From NCBI GenBank assembly GCA_046563655.1, contig CM102284.1:5952001-6016000 (forward strand): a stretch of DNA of 64,000 bases, written 5' to 3'. Both the position numbers and the translations under genes were made by a program. The notes under the pieces were generated by a model. The model was not told where the DNA came from and made no database searches. It saw only the letters and a program-made list of their open reading frames with translations. Position 1 is the stretch's first letter, and every line of letters begins with the position of its first letter. The stretch is from Yuukianura sp. NJ FZ-2021 (lineage: Eukaryota). Below are positions 1 to 23,682 of the stretch, piece by piece.

Positions 1-81
1 AGCCGGCCTTAACAATTTGATATCAAAATGGTGAAAATGAACAAAACCAAAGGTCAAAGGTCACAGAAATTTTAAAGTTGA

Positions 82-10401
<10,320 letters not shown>

Positions 10402-12989
10402 CTTCTGGAACACAGCGATTCTTGCCTTACACTCAAAATTTTATCAATCACTTAGGCCTCACTTATTCAAAATTCATGGTAATCTGATGCTGCTGGACAA
10501 TTCCACATCCTTGTCCAATTCGTACAGATTGATTCGATTTTGATCTGATCAGAAAGATCATCTTCCGACACTAGTCGTTCACTGTCGACTGTTTGAACAA
10601 CATGAGGCTGAACCAGAAGATCAGAAAGTAATGAAGTCATTTTCAAACAGGAACTCAGCTGGCTGCTTGCGAAGGCTGAGCTACTCCTCAACCTGCTGCT
10701 TCTGAAGTCTAAAAAATTATTTTTGCACAACCTTTTGCAAATTCCTAGCGAAAAAAAGTTGCTCCGAAAAAAAATACCAGCGCGAAGAATTCAGGTTGCT
10801 AAAAGCTCCGTTAGAAATTCACTTTAACTTTTTTCGCCACCGAGTTCCAATTAGTTGAATTCATTTTTGTAGTGTGAAATCGGATAACAAATTGAATTCA
10901 GAACTCCACCAGCTTCATCTTTTTGCTTATGTTTTTGAGATCAGCCAAATTCTTGAGTCGTTTAATCAACCAAAACTGACTTGGCTTCAAACTTTTTCTT
11001 CCAAAACAATGTGTTCGAAATGCTCAAATTCTAAAAATAGGCAGCCCAATTCCATTGTCCAAAGACACCAAAGTTGCAAATTCATCTTGTGTGAAGAAAA
11101 AATGAGCAAAACCTAGTAAATTGAATTCAAATTCGGCAAAAACGAAAATTCATGATGATTTCGACTTGTTGAGAAACAACAGTTTCATGAAACTTTCAAA
11201 ATTTGTGTCAAAATTTGAAATTCAAGTTAGACACTTGAGCACGCTTGCCGAACACCGATAAGAAGTTGTGCTGCTGTTTTTTCTGAAACTTTGAACATTT
11301 GAATTTGTTCACAACTTTTTTAAAAACCGAAATTGCTTGGAACTTTTCTTGGCAAACCTAGACTGTAGTACACCCAGGGTGTTGGAGTACTTTTCTCTTC
11401 TGCTGCACCAGCTTAGCTCTCTGCTCAGCTACTAAAGCTACAGAATGAACGTTTTTAAAAAAACAGTTTGAACAAGTCATTTTTAAAAAACAAAAGCAGA
11501 AGGAATATTTTTTCTACCCGTTAGGATTTTGGCACTAACTTCCACCGCCGAATTCAGGCGGGGAGGCAGAGGGGTTCGGAATTCGGGCGGAAACTGAAAG
11601 AGTTACGAACCAAATATTTGGGAAAAAGATTATTACCGGGCATTTGCAAAAAATCGAAAATCCATGCATAAATTTTGCAGAAAACAGTTGCAAAAATTCT
11701 GTGGGATTTTCACGAACCCTCTTTTTCAAATCTATTTCGCACACGCAAACTATCTGTTAAGCACGAACTACAAAAAAAATCAATCCAAGTTATTTTCAAA
11801 AGTCGAATTCATGAATTTTCCTGAATTTGAGTTTTCCTTTTTTGAATTCGGAATTCCGTCGGTGTGCAATACCCGATTTGGTCAAACGGAATATTTTTAA
11901 CTTTGTTTTAAAATTTCCATTCATTCTTTGAAAAATGTGTCTTGTTCTAAACAAGAACTGGATGAAGTGTGTAGGCACTAATTTGCAGAAAATTCCTAAC
12001 AAGAAATAAGTTGGTTCTGTCATCGTGAAAGTTCAATTGACGTCATTGGCGGTAGCTTCACTTAACGTTCAAAATCTGAATCAAATCCAATAACCCGCTC
12101 TTCTTGAACTTCATTCATGAATGTAAGGAGCCAAATACATCTTCATCTTCATTTTCCTGTTGAGCACTTAGCTCTTGACCTTGAATTTTTTTTTTCGTTT
12201 TTTTTTTGCAAACTGCCAAATTTTAGCACGCCTCAAACTGTTTCACAGCGGACTGATCCTCACTTGACACAAACGTATAAATACATAAGTGTTTTTTGTG
12301 CTTTGGGTACGTAAGGAAAGAAGGAAACGCGTTCCAAAAAATGAAATATGTTCTTCCCCCTTTCGCCACTCTGTTTTAAGCTTCATGTGGATAAGAACGC
12401 CCTATACTGTAGAAATGCTATTTTGAATTTCCCGCCTTTCCTGAAATGTCAACAAAAATTAGGTTTCTGTGCAATTTTAGTCATTTGAAAGTTAACATTA
12501 TGAAATTGTGTTCATAAGAATGAAAAACCAATTGATCATTAAAATATTTTTGATAAATTGTAACCTTTTAATTGCAATTTTTGCTTTTTGAAGCAGTTTT
12601 TATGTGTATGGACACGGGTGAATTTTCTGGGAGACGCCTGAAAAGAGCAGGGCAAAAAAGAGGTATGTTAGGGTTACGGGTAAAACCGTTTTCCCGCTCT
12701 TTCAATTTCTTTTTCGGGGGACTTAAGTGTCCTCCACCATTTCTAAAAAATCAAAAATTTGGAAAAATGGAAAAATTTTTGAGAAATAAAGTTGTTGAAT
12801 GCGGAGCTGCTAATAGTTCAAAATTCGATGATCTGTGAAGTTTTATTTGCAAACTTTTATTAAGTTACTCCGTCAAAAATTCTTTTTGAACATTTTCTGA
12901 TTTTTTTTTAAATTATGAAAACTGTCAAGTTTGCGTAGTCTTTTTTCTCCCCGGAAGTTTTGTTTTTAAAAAAGTTTGAAATTGAAAAT

Positions 12990-15900
12990 TTAAAAATCGA
13001 TGACAACACGGTTGACTTCTTCGTCATTTCCAGTTGCGATGATGCTTAGCTCACTCTCGTTACATCTAATGATTAGTTGCACTTCTCTCCAAGTTTTCTC
13101 TTTGGTAATTTCAAAACGCAGTTCACAACATTTTTGAACAGAAGGTGAGGTCACCAGCTAAAAAAGACCAATTTTAAGTTTTTCTAAAAATCACTTTTGA
13201 AAATGAGAATTTCGAAAAGCTTACTTGGGGATCTTCCAACTGTGACTTGAAAATTGGCAAAACAAGGACGTTCTGACCAGGCTGAGCTCCGACGTACGAG
13301 CGTTTGAGCACCGTTTGACCCAAGGTCAACGTTTGACCTTTGCGAATCAAAGTGTCCCACACATCGGAGCACCACTTCTTGCCTTGTCGGGTAACAGCTT
13401 TTTCTAAGAATGAAGTCAAAAGTTATGTAAGTTATGTTAGGTTATGCAAGCAGCATAAGCCAAACTACAATTTATGCCATGTTTTACCTTGAGGATGACA
13501 CGTTTCGTCAAACGGGGTCATGACCCCAACGCCAATGCTAAACGGTGAACTGATTGTCACTTGGGCACTGTCCATTCTCACAAGGCCTTCTACAACGGCT
13601 GTCTCTGGCTCCTACGAACAATTCGTGTTTAGAAAAACTTCTCGGATTTTGAAAATTTTGAAAAATGGTTTTTGATTTTGAAAATTACAGGTAAATTGTA
13701 AACGTTGACCATAGGAAGAAGTCTTTTGAGTTCATTTGCAATGAATTGATTGGTTCCTCCTCCACTGAGAACAATCGTTTCGTAAGATTTGATTTTTAGA
13801 CGCGTTTTGACAAAGGTCACGGCAGGTTGTAGCCAGTCGGTCATCAAATCTCGGTTGAACTGAATCGCTCCGTTTCGGTCCCACCGAATTCCTTCTTCCA
13901 TGTTATCTTCTAAGCATTCCGGAATCTAACCAAAATTCAGAATTTGATTTTTTGAAGAAAATTTTCCCATAACACAAAATATCACAATGATAACTTCGTA
14001 CCTGGATTCCTGTGAACTTGTGATACTCCAAGTAAAAACTAATTGGCAAAAAGAGGTAGCATTCGCTTTGGTTCTTGCAGAAGGACTCCTTCATTTCGTC
14101 AAAACGCATTAAAATTTCGATCCAGGAAGGTTGAAACGCTGATTCAAATTTTAAAATAAATTCACGTCCGAATAGGCGTGAAAACAACTCGATGAAGCTG
14201 GATTCTGGAGCTGAAATTAAAACAAAAAAATTTAGGAAAAAAATCTTTAGCTAGGACACTGTACATTTTGAAACTTTTCGAAAAAATTACATTCGTATAG
14301 TTGGCTATCGCTGCTCTCAATGTTGTGAATTTTTTTCCCACGGACTTCGTAGCCCGAGGTGTGTATAAACGTAGATCCAATGTTAACACTTAGAAAAGTC
14401 TTTCCTGCAATGATTCAAAACAAACATCACATTACATTTTATGCGTTAGTGGCTCTCAAATTTCAATAAATTTCGGAATTTTGAAAAGAAATTGGATCAA
14501 ATTTCATAATTTGTGAGTCATTTTTACCCCATGCAGGGACTTGATGCTGAAGAAATCCATACGCAGTAATGGCTGCTGCAGTTGACTCATTTACAAGTCT
14601 CAGGTCATCGGTCGCCTTTAGAAGGCCGCTCTACACAAACAACACAACAAACTTTTTAATGAAGGAATCCAAATTCATAAGAGAGTTTCAATTTCGGAAA
14701 TTATTATGAAAATCTTACTTCGAATGCTGCATCACGAATTAGTTTCTTGTCCATTCCACTGTGAATACTGAGGTTCCATTGTGTAACCACGGTAGGGGGA
14801 AGCTCTCGACTCTCTTTAGCTGATTCTAAAGTCAAAATTCAAAATAAAAAAAATGACCTTTGACCTCTGACGCGAAATCTTACTAGCAGGAACTAAAAGT
14901 TGGCGGTAACTGCGCAGAAGCGTCTCGAGCGTCGTTCCACAGTCTTCGCTATCGTATGGATCATAAGGAAAAGATTGTTTTCGTTTCCATTTGTAAATCA
15001 ATTTGGTCTTGGTTGCCAACGCATGCGAAACTGCTTCGGCGCCATGTCTCTGTCCATCAGCGCTTGTCAGGGATTTCCGAACCGGCCCGATTCGGAACTC
15101 TCCGGAACTTTTTTCAAGTATGGCATAACGAGTCGTAAAACTTCCCAAGTCTAAGCCGACTATTCGATCAATCGTTGGAATTGAAGCGCAACGCTGAGCA
15201 TTCTTACTGACGCTGAAATCGCTACTGATGGAACCAACTTGAACGTTATGAAAAACTGAAATGTAGTCGACACTTTTTTCACGTTCTGAAGTAGCTATGC
15301 TTCCAGTATCTTCTGAATCTGTAACTACGTCAGAACCAGCGGCCATATTTAAATTTAGCTCATCTTCTTCCTCTTCATCAAAAATTATGATTCCGTCGTG
15401 GTTGAGGGGCGGGGGTTGGGGAGGGGGTGGGGTGTTGGGTGGAGCCGTTCTGGATCGTACGCTTGGCGGAACAGGAATAATAACATCACTTAGCAGTTCG
15501 TCACAAAAGTTTTTGCGTCGTTGTTGATTGGCTCTGAAATTTGGTCGTTCCACTTGACCGTATGCCGATTGTCCATTGTTTTTGATTCGTTCTGGTGGTG
15601 GAGCAGGGTGAATGGTGGGGCCGGTGGGGCTGAAACGGTTGTTGTGATGGTCGTCTTCCAATTCTCGTTCGGCTGGAAGGAAAACGTGTCGATTGATGCA
15701 TTGAACTGGAACTTGAGCCCAGGCAGATCCTGTTATTTCAAAAAGAAATGATAAAACATCAAAATTCAATCGAGAATTTGCTTTTGTTATCCAAATTTTC
15801 AATTTCAAAAAGTGGAGCAAAAAATTTCGTTTTCACTAAAAATCCAAATCGTTAAAGCGTGAAACCGAGATCTCGGTCTCTACGAAGATTAAAATTAAAG

Positions 15901-18900
15901 CGTTCCTTTGTTTGCATTTTTCTCTTCTACTTTTTTTGGGGCATTTTTGGTCGTAAAAGTTTAGCTAACCAAGGACAACTTTCTTTCCAAGTCGCTAAGT
16001 CCTGTGAGAAACGATTCTTATGCAAAAAACGATGATGATTTTGGAACAAACTGACAAAAAGTGGAAAAAACTTTTATGCTTATGTGTTTTTGTTTCATTG
16101 TTTGTGCAAAAAAGTAAATTCGACAGCAGATGACAAAGGTTTACATCTTCTGCAAGCGGAACAATATAAACTCTTTTTTTTGCATATGAGATTTTACGCT
16201 TTTGTTCCATCTTCCGGTTTGACTTTTTGAAGTTTCTTTTTGTTTCAAATGACCCCAGAAAAATTCAAAATGGCGACTGCGCTTTTGTTTAAATATAGAA
16301 CGCGACCTCAATCGTTCAAACTTGTCCTTGATTTTCACAAGTTTTTACTTTACGTCCAAAATTTGGGTTTGAATTTACATTGTCAAATTACATTAACTTG
16401 GAAGTCAAAACGCATGAACTTCTGCGAACTGAGTTGAAAAATTTGAAAAGCAACTTTCAAAAACGCAAAGAACTTCTAAATGAATTCTAAATTCTACACT
16501 CATCGTTACCTTTTCCGGCGTGTTTGGGGTTGGGATGATTATTTGAATTTCTTGTGTCCTTGAAGAAGAATTGCGGCGAAGATGCTGCCGATGAAGAGCA
16601 AGTCGTACTGCTGCTCATGTCCGATTCGGATCTAACCGAAAGGATTACTCCTTCGGGCGAATCAGTGGCTAACGTTTCTACTTCCAATGTTGATGCTGTT
16701 GAGCGGCTACTTTCGTCCCGAAGTGCTTCAAGTTCAAAATCTATTTCTTCGTTTTCGTCTCTTTCGATCTTTTCCTTTCCGACTTTAGTACCGGTTTGAC
16801 TAAAATCAAATTGCGGTGGCTGATAGGCCGAAATCGTTTCGGCTTCTGGCTGTTCTTGTTCTGGAGTTGTGTGGAATACTTTATGTACAGGAAATTCCGA
16901 AGATCCAGACGAAACGAGTGGAAGCACATGCAGTTCAGATCGAAAAACTTGAGACGGTTGGGCTTGAGGTGGCCATGTCGTTGGCAACGACTCTTTCCGA
17001 GAAATTCCGAACCGATGTGGTGCAACCGGATCTCTTCGGAATTCACTACTGAAACTTCTGGCAGCCTTGAATTTTCTGGTAACTTTTTGATTTTCAGGGA
17101 TTTTTTCAGACCCCGGGCTCTTCAGTGGCACTTTGACGCTTCCAGCGCTGTTTAACAAATTTTGTTCGCTCTGACTCCAATTTTTGTTGACGTTGCCCTG
17201 CTCCTTTTTGAAAACTTGAACAACACTGGCCGGTCTGTCTCCAAATTGTGGTTCACCATCAGAACCATAGAAAATGTCAATGTAACTGAGCGGACGCTGT
17301 GGTAAGTGGGCAATTTGATTCGGTCGATTCCGTCTTGGTGGTGGACAAGCCGGTGGTGGGTCTTCCTTGACCAAAATGTCGTGACTGAGAAGGTCTGGTG
17401 TGGACTTGGACAGTTCACTCTGCTTCCTAAGTGAATAAAAAAAGCATAAAGTAAAGTTCCTTAATTCGGTTATTCACACTTAACACTTGGCTACATACGA
17501 AGGAGTCCACCCCTTACAGAATTCACGACATCACAATAAACCACCCCTTCAATAACATTATGAACAAAACTCCCTGCACTAGGCATAGTCATTAACATTA
17601 ATCTTTAGAAATCGAGAGCGTCTTCAATTTGACACTTAAAATGTACAACAGGACTGGCGACATCGTCATTAGAAGAAGGAAGACACGTCTTCACCATAAT
17701 AATAGTATTACTTCCGTATGTCACCAAAATTTCTTCATCCATTCAAAATTTTAACGACGATACTTAGCAATATTTTTCATAAAAAATTAACTTCATCATA
17801 TTGCCCCGCCCAAGATTCATCCCCTCTGGGTTAGAAACTCATAAAACTTTAACAATTTTGAAAAAAATGCTTTTACTAAATTGACGACAATTTTGCATAA
17901 CTATTGGATTTGATTTGTAAAAAAAAATTCGAAGCCGAAAACTGAAACTTTCCGAAAATGTCAAATTTGAAATTAACAATATTTCGCAAGCACATTTGTG
18001 AATTAATTTTTTTTTTGCAAAATCTAACAGCGTTATTTACATCACGTAGAAGATGAAAGGCGTTACGTAAATGGCTTCATCTTCGATTCAGATCTTGTGA
18101 CTTTATGAAAGAAAGGGAAGCAAAGTTCCCAAATTGGTCATGCTCCTGTAACTTTCTTTTCAAAATTTTGCAATTTTGAATGAACTGGCTTCTTCTAGTT
18201 TATTAAAAAATTAACATCTTAAGACCTTGGTTTGGAAATCAACATTTGGAAAAACTTTCACTCCTTGAGCGGAAGATGATTTGACACGGAGGTGACTTGA
18301 ATGAAGCTCCTTCTATTGTTTGCGGCTGAAGATGATGGATTTGGTTTCATCTGAGTGAGTATCATTGCAATTTGCAAATTTCAATTAATTTTGGCAAACA
18401 TAACTTTGGCTCCACAAGCTTCCTTGTCTTTCATCTCTTTTCTTCTTCTTGAAATTGAATTGTTTGGAGAATGAAATAAATACTAAAGTCCCAGTTGTAC
18501 AACAATGGATTAACAATGCCTATTGCAAAATTCTTTTCTTTTAGCAAACATTAATCATCTATAAGCTTTGGGAAGGAGACAACGCTTTCGTTGTTACAAG
18601 ATAAAAATACAGAGAGATTTTTTAATCTTGGGAAATTTTGAAAAGACAATCAAATGTTATAAAAACCATAACCAAGGCTATAAATTTCCCAGGGAATTTT
18701 AACTAAACTTAAGGAAACTGCATTATGAACTGTGGGTAAACTTTGATTTTGAGAAAAAGAACAGAAAAAAGTAATAACAGCCTCGTCATAGTAGAAGTTC
18801 CATACTTTGACTTCAAATTGCCAAGGATTTTGCACACGTTTTTTGCAAAGATGCAAAAAATCTAATCTGCGAAAACAGTATAAACTCCAAGATGAAACAA

Positions 18901-21050
18901 AAAATAACAATGTGAAGTATTCGTTTGTCGAAATAACCTTCAGTACGAGCAAAATCATACCAACAGCAAACGTGTACCTGGCGGCAAGTTAGCATTTATG
19001 TGTTACCTAAGTTCGCAAAAAAATTGCATCTGAAATCTGAATCTTCTCATTTTTTGCAAACTGCGAAATTCCATTAACATTATGGCACAAATTCTATGAA
19101 AACAAAACATTAGCATACTGCCTAACCTTACAAATCTAAAAAAATAGGAAAACTGGGCTAATACTTCAATCAACTTTCTTCAATTTTAGCACTACTTTTT
19201 CTTAACATTCGATAGAAGAAAGTTACCTGACTAACATTTTCGCGATTTTTGTTGTGCCAATTTTAGTCCAGTGTTATTTTCAAACCCATTTGTGGTTTTA
19301 CCGTTGTAAGTTAGCAGTAGCACAGGAGCACCCAAGCATGGAAAATGACATTGTAAGACAATTTTGCAAGAAAATAAAAAACAGCAAAAAATACCCATTA
19401 TTTTCGAAATATGCGAAATCAATAACTTTTTATTGCCAAGAAAAAGAGCATAGTAAGTAGAGATGATTGATGTAGAATCATAAAACACAAGGAAAACGTC
19501 AAGTCAAGTAACATATTGAAATAGTACTTAGGGGTTAAAATGTTGCAAAAATGGCAAACGTGCTTAAAATTGCAAATTGCAACAGAACAGTTTTAGACTA
19601 ATTACAGGTAAATTACAGGTGTGTGCAGATAACTAGTCCACAGCAGCGCAGAAGCAACAGAAATTTTAAGTTTTATGTTTCTGTTATGTTAAGTATTATT
19701 CGATGCTCGGAGAATCACTGGCTGATTACTAATTGAAATGTGACTAAATAAGCTATTGTTAAGAGACTTTATCTAATCGTACGTTACAATTCAGCAGCTA
19801 ATCGTTACATGGATGAGATTGAAATGAGTTGAGTTGTGGAAAGAGTGCGTAGTTCGGCAAGAAAAAGTTAGACAAAATTTTTAGTTTCTTTTTGGAAAAA
19901 GAAAATTCGCACAGGAAGAAAAAAAGCAGAAATTTTGGAAATAAAAAGTTGAGAATTTGTAAATATTGAGTTGTTTTTTTTAGAAATGCGGAAGTTTTGC
20001 TTAGTTTTAGAAAAACAAATAAAGGTTGTTTGAACAAGGAGAACAATAGACCTGCCTAAAAGTGGGATCAGCATCCTGTGTCATCTGATAATCCTAACAA
20101 GACACGGAACTAGAATGGATGAATTGGCAATATCCTTCCAATAATGCTGCCGAAGGCTCTTTCCTCAAGCGCTTTTATATCAAGAATTGCAAAGTATTTA
20201 GATGTTTTGCCAAGATTGCTCAATTTTAGAATTCCTTACTTGAAATTTCCCTGTGACTCTTTGACCCAAGTTTCGCGTATGATTTGTCTCCTTGGAATTG
20301 TTGCAGCAAGCTCAGGGCCAAGGCTCTTGTAGCGACTTCCGCAAATGGGGGACGACGGTGGGGAGTCCGGCGTTCCAGAATTCACAGAAGATTCTGCAAA
20401 ATTTAAAAAAAAAGCAACAAATAAGTATCAAAAGTAAGCAAAAAGAGCAAATTTTGCAATAATGAATGTATGTAAGAGTTTGAAACTATTCCAGAAAAAG
20501 TTGGCACATGCACTAGTATACGCAGCTGTAAGGATCAGTTTGGCATATGGCTACGGCTCCAACGACGCAAGTAATTGCGACATTTGGGTAACACAAAGCC
20601 TAACGTATGTTTTTCAACGATTGTTGTAACGTACTCACCTCTACTCAGTTGAAGCGCTTCTGATTTGTGGAAGTCTAGCGGAAGCGTTCGAGCCTTGTCC
20701 AGCGGCGCATGTGCCCAGAGATGCTGGAGCCCTCCAGGGGTAGAGTGTGGTCGAAGATCAGGCACTGGCGGGGATGGTGACGATGACGACGACACTGGAG
20801 AAGTACTGACTGGCATTAGAGGCGGGGGGATAGAAGACCTTGGCTGGGGCACAGGTCGATTGAGGCCATTGACCTTTGCGGGTTGACCTGCCTGACCTGC
20901 GTCCTTCACTCTTCTCTGCACTTCTGTTGTCACAAATCGACCATTGTGGTCTGGAACCACCACTTCGTCTTTGTCCGAATCCGGTGGAGCAATGGCTTTG
21001 ACTTTCGGTGGTTGACCGTCACCCCAACTCCGAAGCACCACAAGTGACAT
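12990..21050 (-). CDS. HSPA12 (heat shock 70 kDa protein 12A)-like protein with a long disordered N-terminal extension
   Basis: Phase-consistent exon chain: 21050-20639, 20393-20240, 17426-16510, 15729-14884, ~14825-14719, ~14631-14528, 14404-14291, ~14210-14002, then further exons to TAA at 12990. HSPA12-like motifs: IVGLDLG, IRDAAFESGL...NESTAAA, FSRLFGREFILKF...WIEILMRFDEMK, IVLSGG, AVVEGL, SPFSIGVGV, WCSDVWDTLIRKGQ, and C-terminal IDF*. Confidence 0.8.
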
Positions 21051-23682
21051 TGTTGCAACTAAATTGACACAAATCACAACAATTACTAATTGAATAACTT
21101 TTGTACTTTCAGCTTAACCACTATGCACAAACTGCCTATTGTTCTTTTTCGGATGACATTTCTGGTCAACTAAATCTCAGCTTTTTAGCTTTGCTCCTTC
21201 AACAACCAACTTCATCCACCAACAGTTTGCGTGCAAATAAAACTTTGCTAAAAACAGTCTCACCGTGTAATGTGGTGATGTGATATGAGGTTGAGGACAG
21301 CACGGCGTCCTAACCACCAATCACTAGTCACTACACTAACTATTCCCTACTGTGAATAATTCAAAACCTTCATTTGAGCACATACAGTTTCCAATTGAAA
21401 TACTGATTACTACCGACTGATGCTTCTACTGTAAAAGTCTAACTACTGCAGTCAATTCATTCACTAACGTGTTCTCAGGCATTAATTCTTGAGCATTTCC
21501 TTAAGCTTATGACCATGTACAGTAATGGCCGTAAAAGTTAACTTGCTAATGCAATAATTACTGACTGATGATGAGGACTCAGAAGCTATAATCACTCAAG
21601 TCACTTCAAACTTCAATTGGTCTAGGCAAACACGATTCAGAAGAATTGAGAGACGCTGAAATGTGAGTCCACTTATGCGATCATTAAACTCTGGCTTTGG
21701 ATTGTACACGACTGACCAAAAGTCAAAAACATAAAACATTTCAAACCAAAAATTCCAATTAACACCTAAAGTCGCCCACTCGAATCAAGTGTCATCCTCA
21801 CAGCGTCACTTTTGGACCGAGGAAAAGCAAGTTAAGACGCTTTGGTTCCTCAGTTGGGAGTGAAAACAAGTTTTTTGCTTTAAATCATTTTATGGATTTT
21901 CGAAATTTTGAAACTTTTTGAAATCATGACTTGAAAGTTTCAAGTTGAGGCTGCATCGCCTGTTCAAACCGTTAACCAGAACAAGGTGACGTTCTAAATT
22001 GTGCTACATGGGGAGTGTATGTGTGTTTTATGACAATGGAAAAATGGAATTTGTCCTTTTTGAGAATGATTAAAAGCTTGACCTCAAGCTTAACTTTAAT
22101 TTCCATATGTTGACCTCGAAAAAGCAAAAGTCTCTGTTAATGCATGACGAATTAGGTTTGCATTTGACTTGTCTTCCTTAGGTGTTAGGATTAAAATTAG
22201 GCTAGGCAGGTTAAGCTTAGTTTGGTTAGGGTGATGAGAGGTCGTGTGCTTAAAGGAAGGAAGATTAAGGGCGTTTTTGGGCGTAAATTTTGCATCTTCT
22301 TGAAAGTTATCTTAATCTTAAGTAAATTTCGTGTTTGCCAACATGCTTGATTGTTTACCTTGTTTGTTCCTGGGTGCCTCAAGGGCTCTTCTTTACCAAA
22401 ATCAATTGAATCAATAGTTAAAAGGTAATCTCAAAATTTGCCAATTTGGGAAGATTAGACTCAATCGAGTTTGTAAATTAAGACACTTACGGGGATACTA
22501 GCAGAGCAGCGGCGTCTTTGGAATGTTTAGTGTGTTTCCTCTGGTTTGACAGTTTGCAAAAACAGCCTCAAGGATTTCCAAATTGCAAACTGAAAGAACA
22601 ATAGGAAGAAGGTGGGCTTATACAAGTTCCGAATTGCGAAATATAAGTTTTTGTGCTAAATCACTTTTGCTTTAAGCAGAACTGGGACTGAGCTAAGCTT
22701 AAACGTTGAAAAGTGAAGGCTTGTAATTATTAATTGGAGATTGAAAGTAGTAGAGAGAATTAAATTGCAATTTTTGTTTAGAGTAGTTTGAGCATGTAAT
22801 TCAATCACCGCCCAAACCATGTACATACAAACGATAACTTCAAAACTTCAAGCAAGTTAACAAGAAGACGGAAATTCACTTTTGTAAACACAAAAAATAG
22901 GTAGAAAAACCAACGCCCATATAAATCATGATTAACTTTTGACAATTACCTTAAATTTTACTTATGCCTTACGGACAATAGTAAAAGAGATGTCCTGCTA
23001 TGAAGATTTTTAATTGGCCAAAGATCTTTCTGTGTCTTCTCAGTACCAGGTCTAAAGAACAATTGAAATTTAACAAAAAAGTGTCGGGACATCCACGCAG
23101 CTTAATTTTTTAGTCAAAAATAACAATTTGTATTCCAAAATCTTCTTTTTTAGATTAGTCGTCCGCGTCCCTGAAAGTTTCCAAAATTCATATCTTTCAC
23201 TCGTGACTTGACTTGGAAAGTTAAAAAATTTAGATTTTGGTTCTAAAAGGTAAAAGAAAGTTTAAATTCTACAGAAAATTTGAAAATTAAAACGCTGACC
23301 TTTGACCTCTATTGTTAAAACCCTCACAACACCTTTTCCAACTTAGATTTCAATTGAATACTTAGGTTAATCAAAATTTTCAATTTCAAATCGATTTCAG
23401 AACAAAGCTTTTTTTTTTGGATTTCCGTTTCAACGAAGTCTAGTTGTCAACTGAATTGTTGTTTTTTGACATCCTGGATTGATTTTACACTTTTTTGAAA
23501 TTCAGTCCATGTTGTGTTAGTAAAAGTCAGTGCTGTTGGAATATGTAATTTGTGGCTTTTGTGATGATAATTTTGGAAACCTCAAAAGTGAAGCACACTC
23601 CAGAATTATGTCATTTGGAAATCCCTTTTGTGCTGGAAAAGTGCTGGTGAAGAATATTGGATTTTATGTTTACCTTGGCAGT

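Noticed and set aside
11543-11880. GC-rich hairpin (ccgccgaattc...gaattcgggcgg) and GAATTC-rich tract
   Set aside because: Probably a decayed repeat; boundaries, TIRs and TSD could not be defined.
22178-22232. Degenerate TTAGG-like runs (also at 9581, 10233 and 13421)
   Set aside because: Too short and degenerate to call interstitial telomeric repeats.
22490-22589. Exon-like segment (AG...GTAAGT) between the neuroglian-like and HSPA12-like genes as the missing TM exon
   Set aside because: It has stops in all three frames and is more likely a 5' UTR exon of the HSPA12-like gene.
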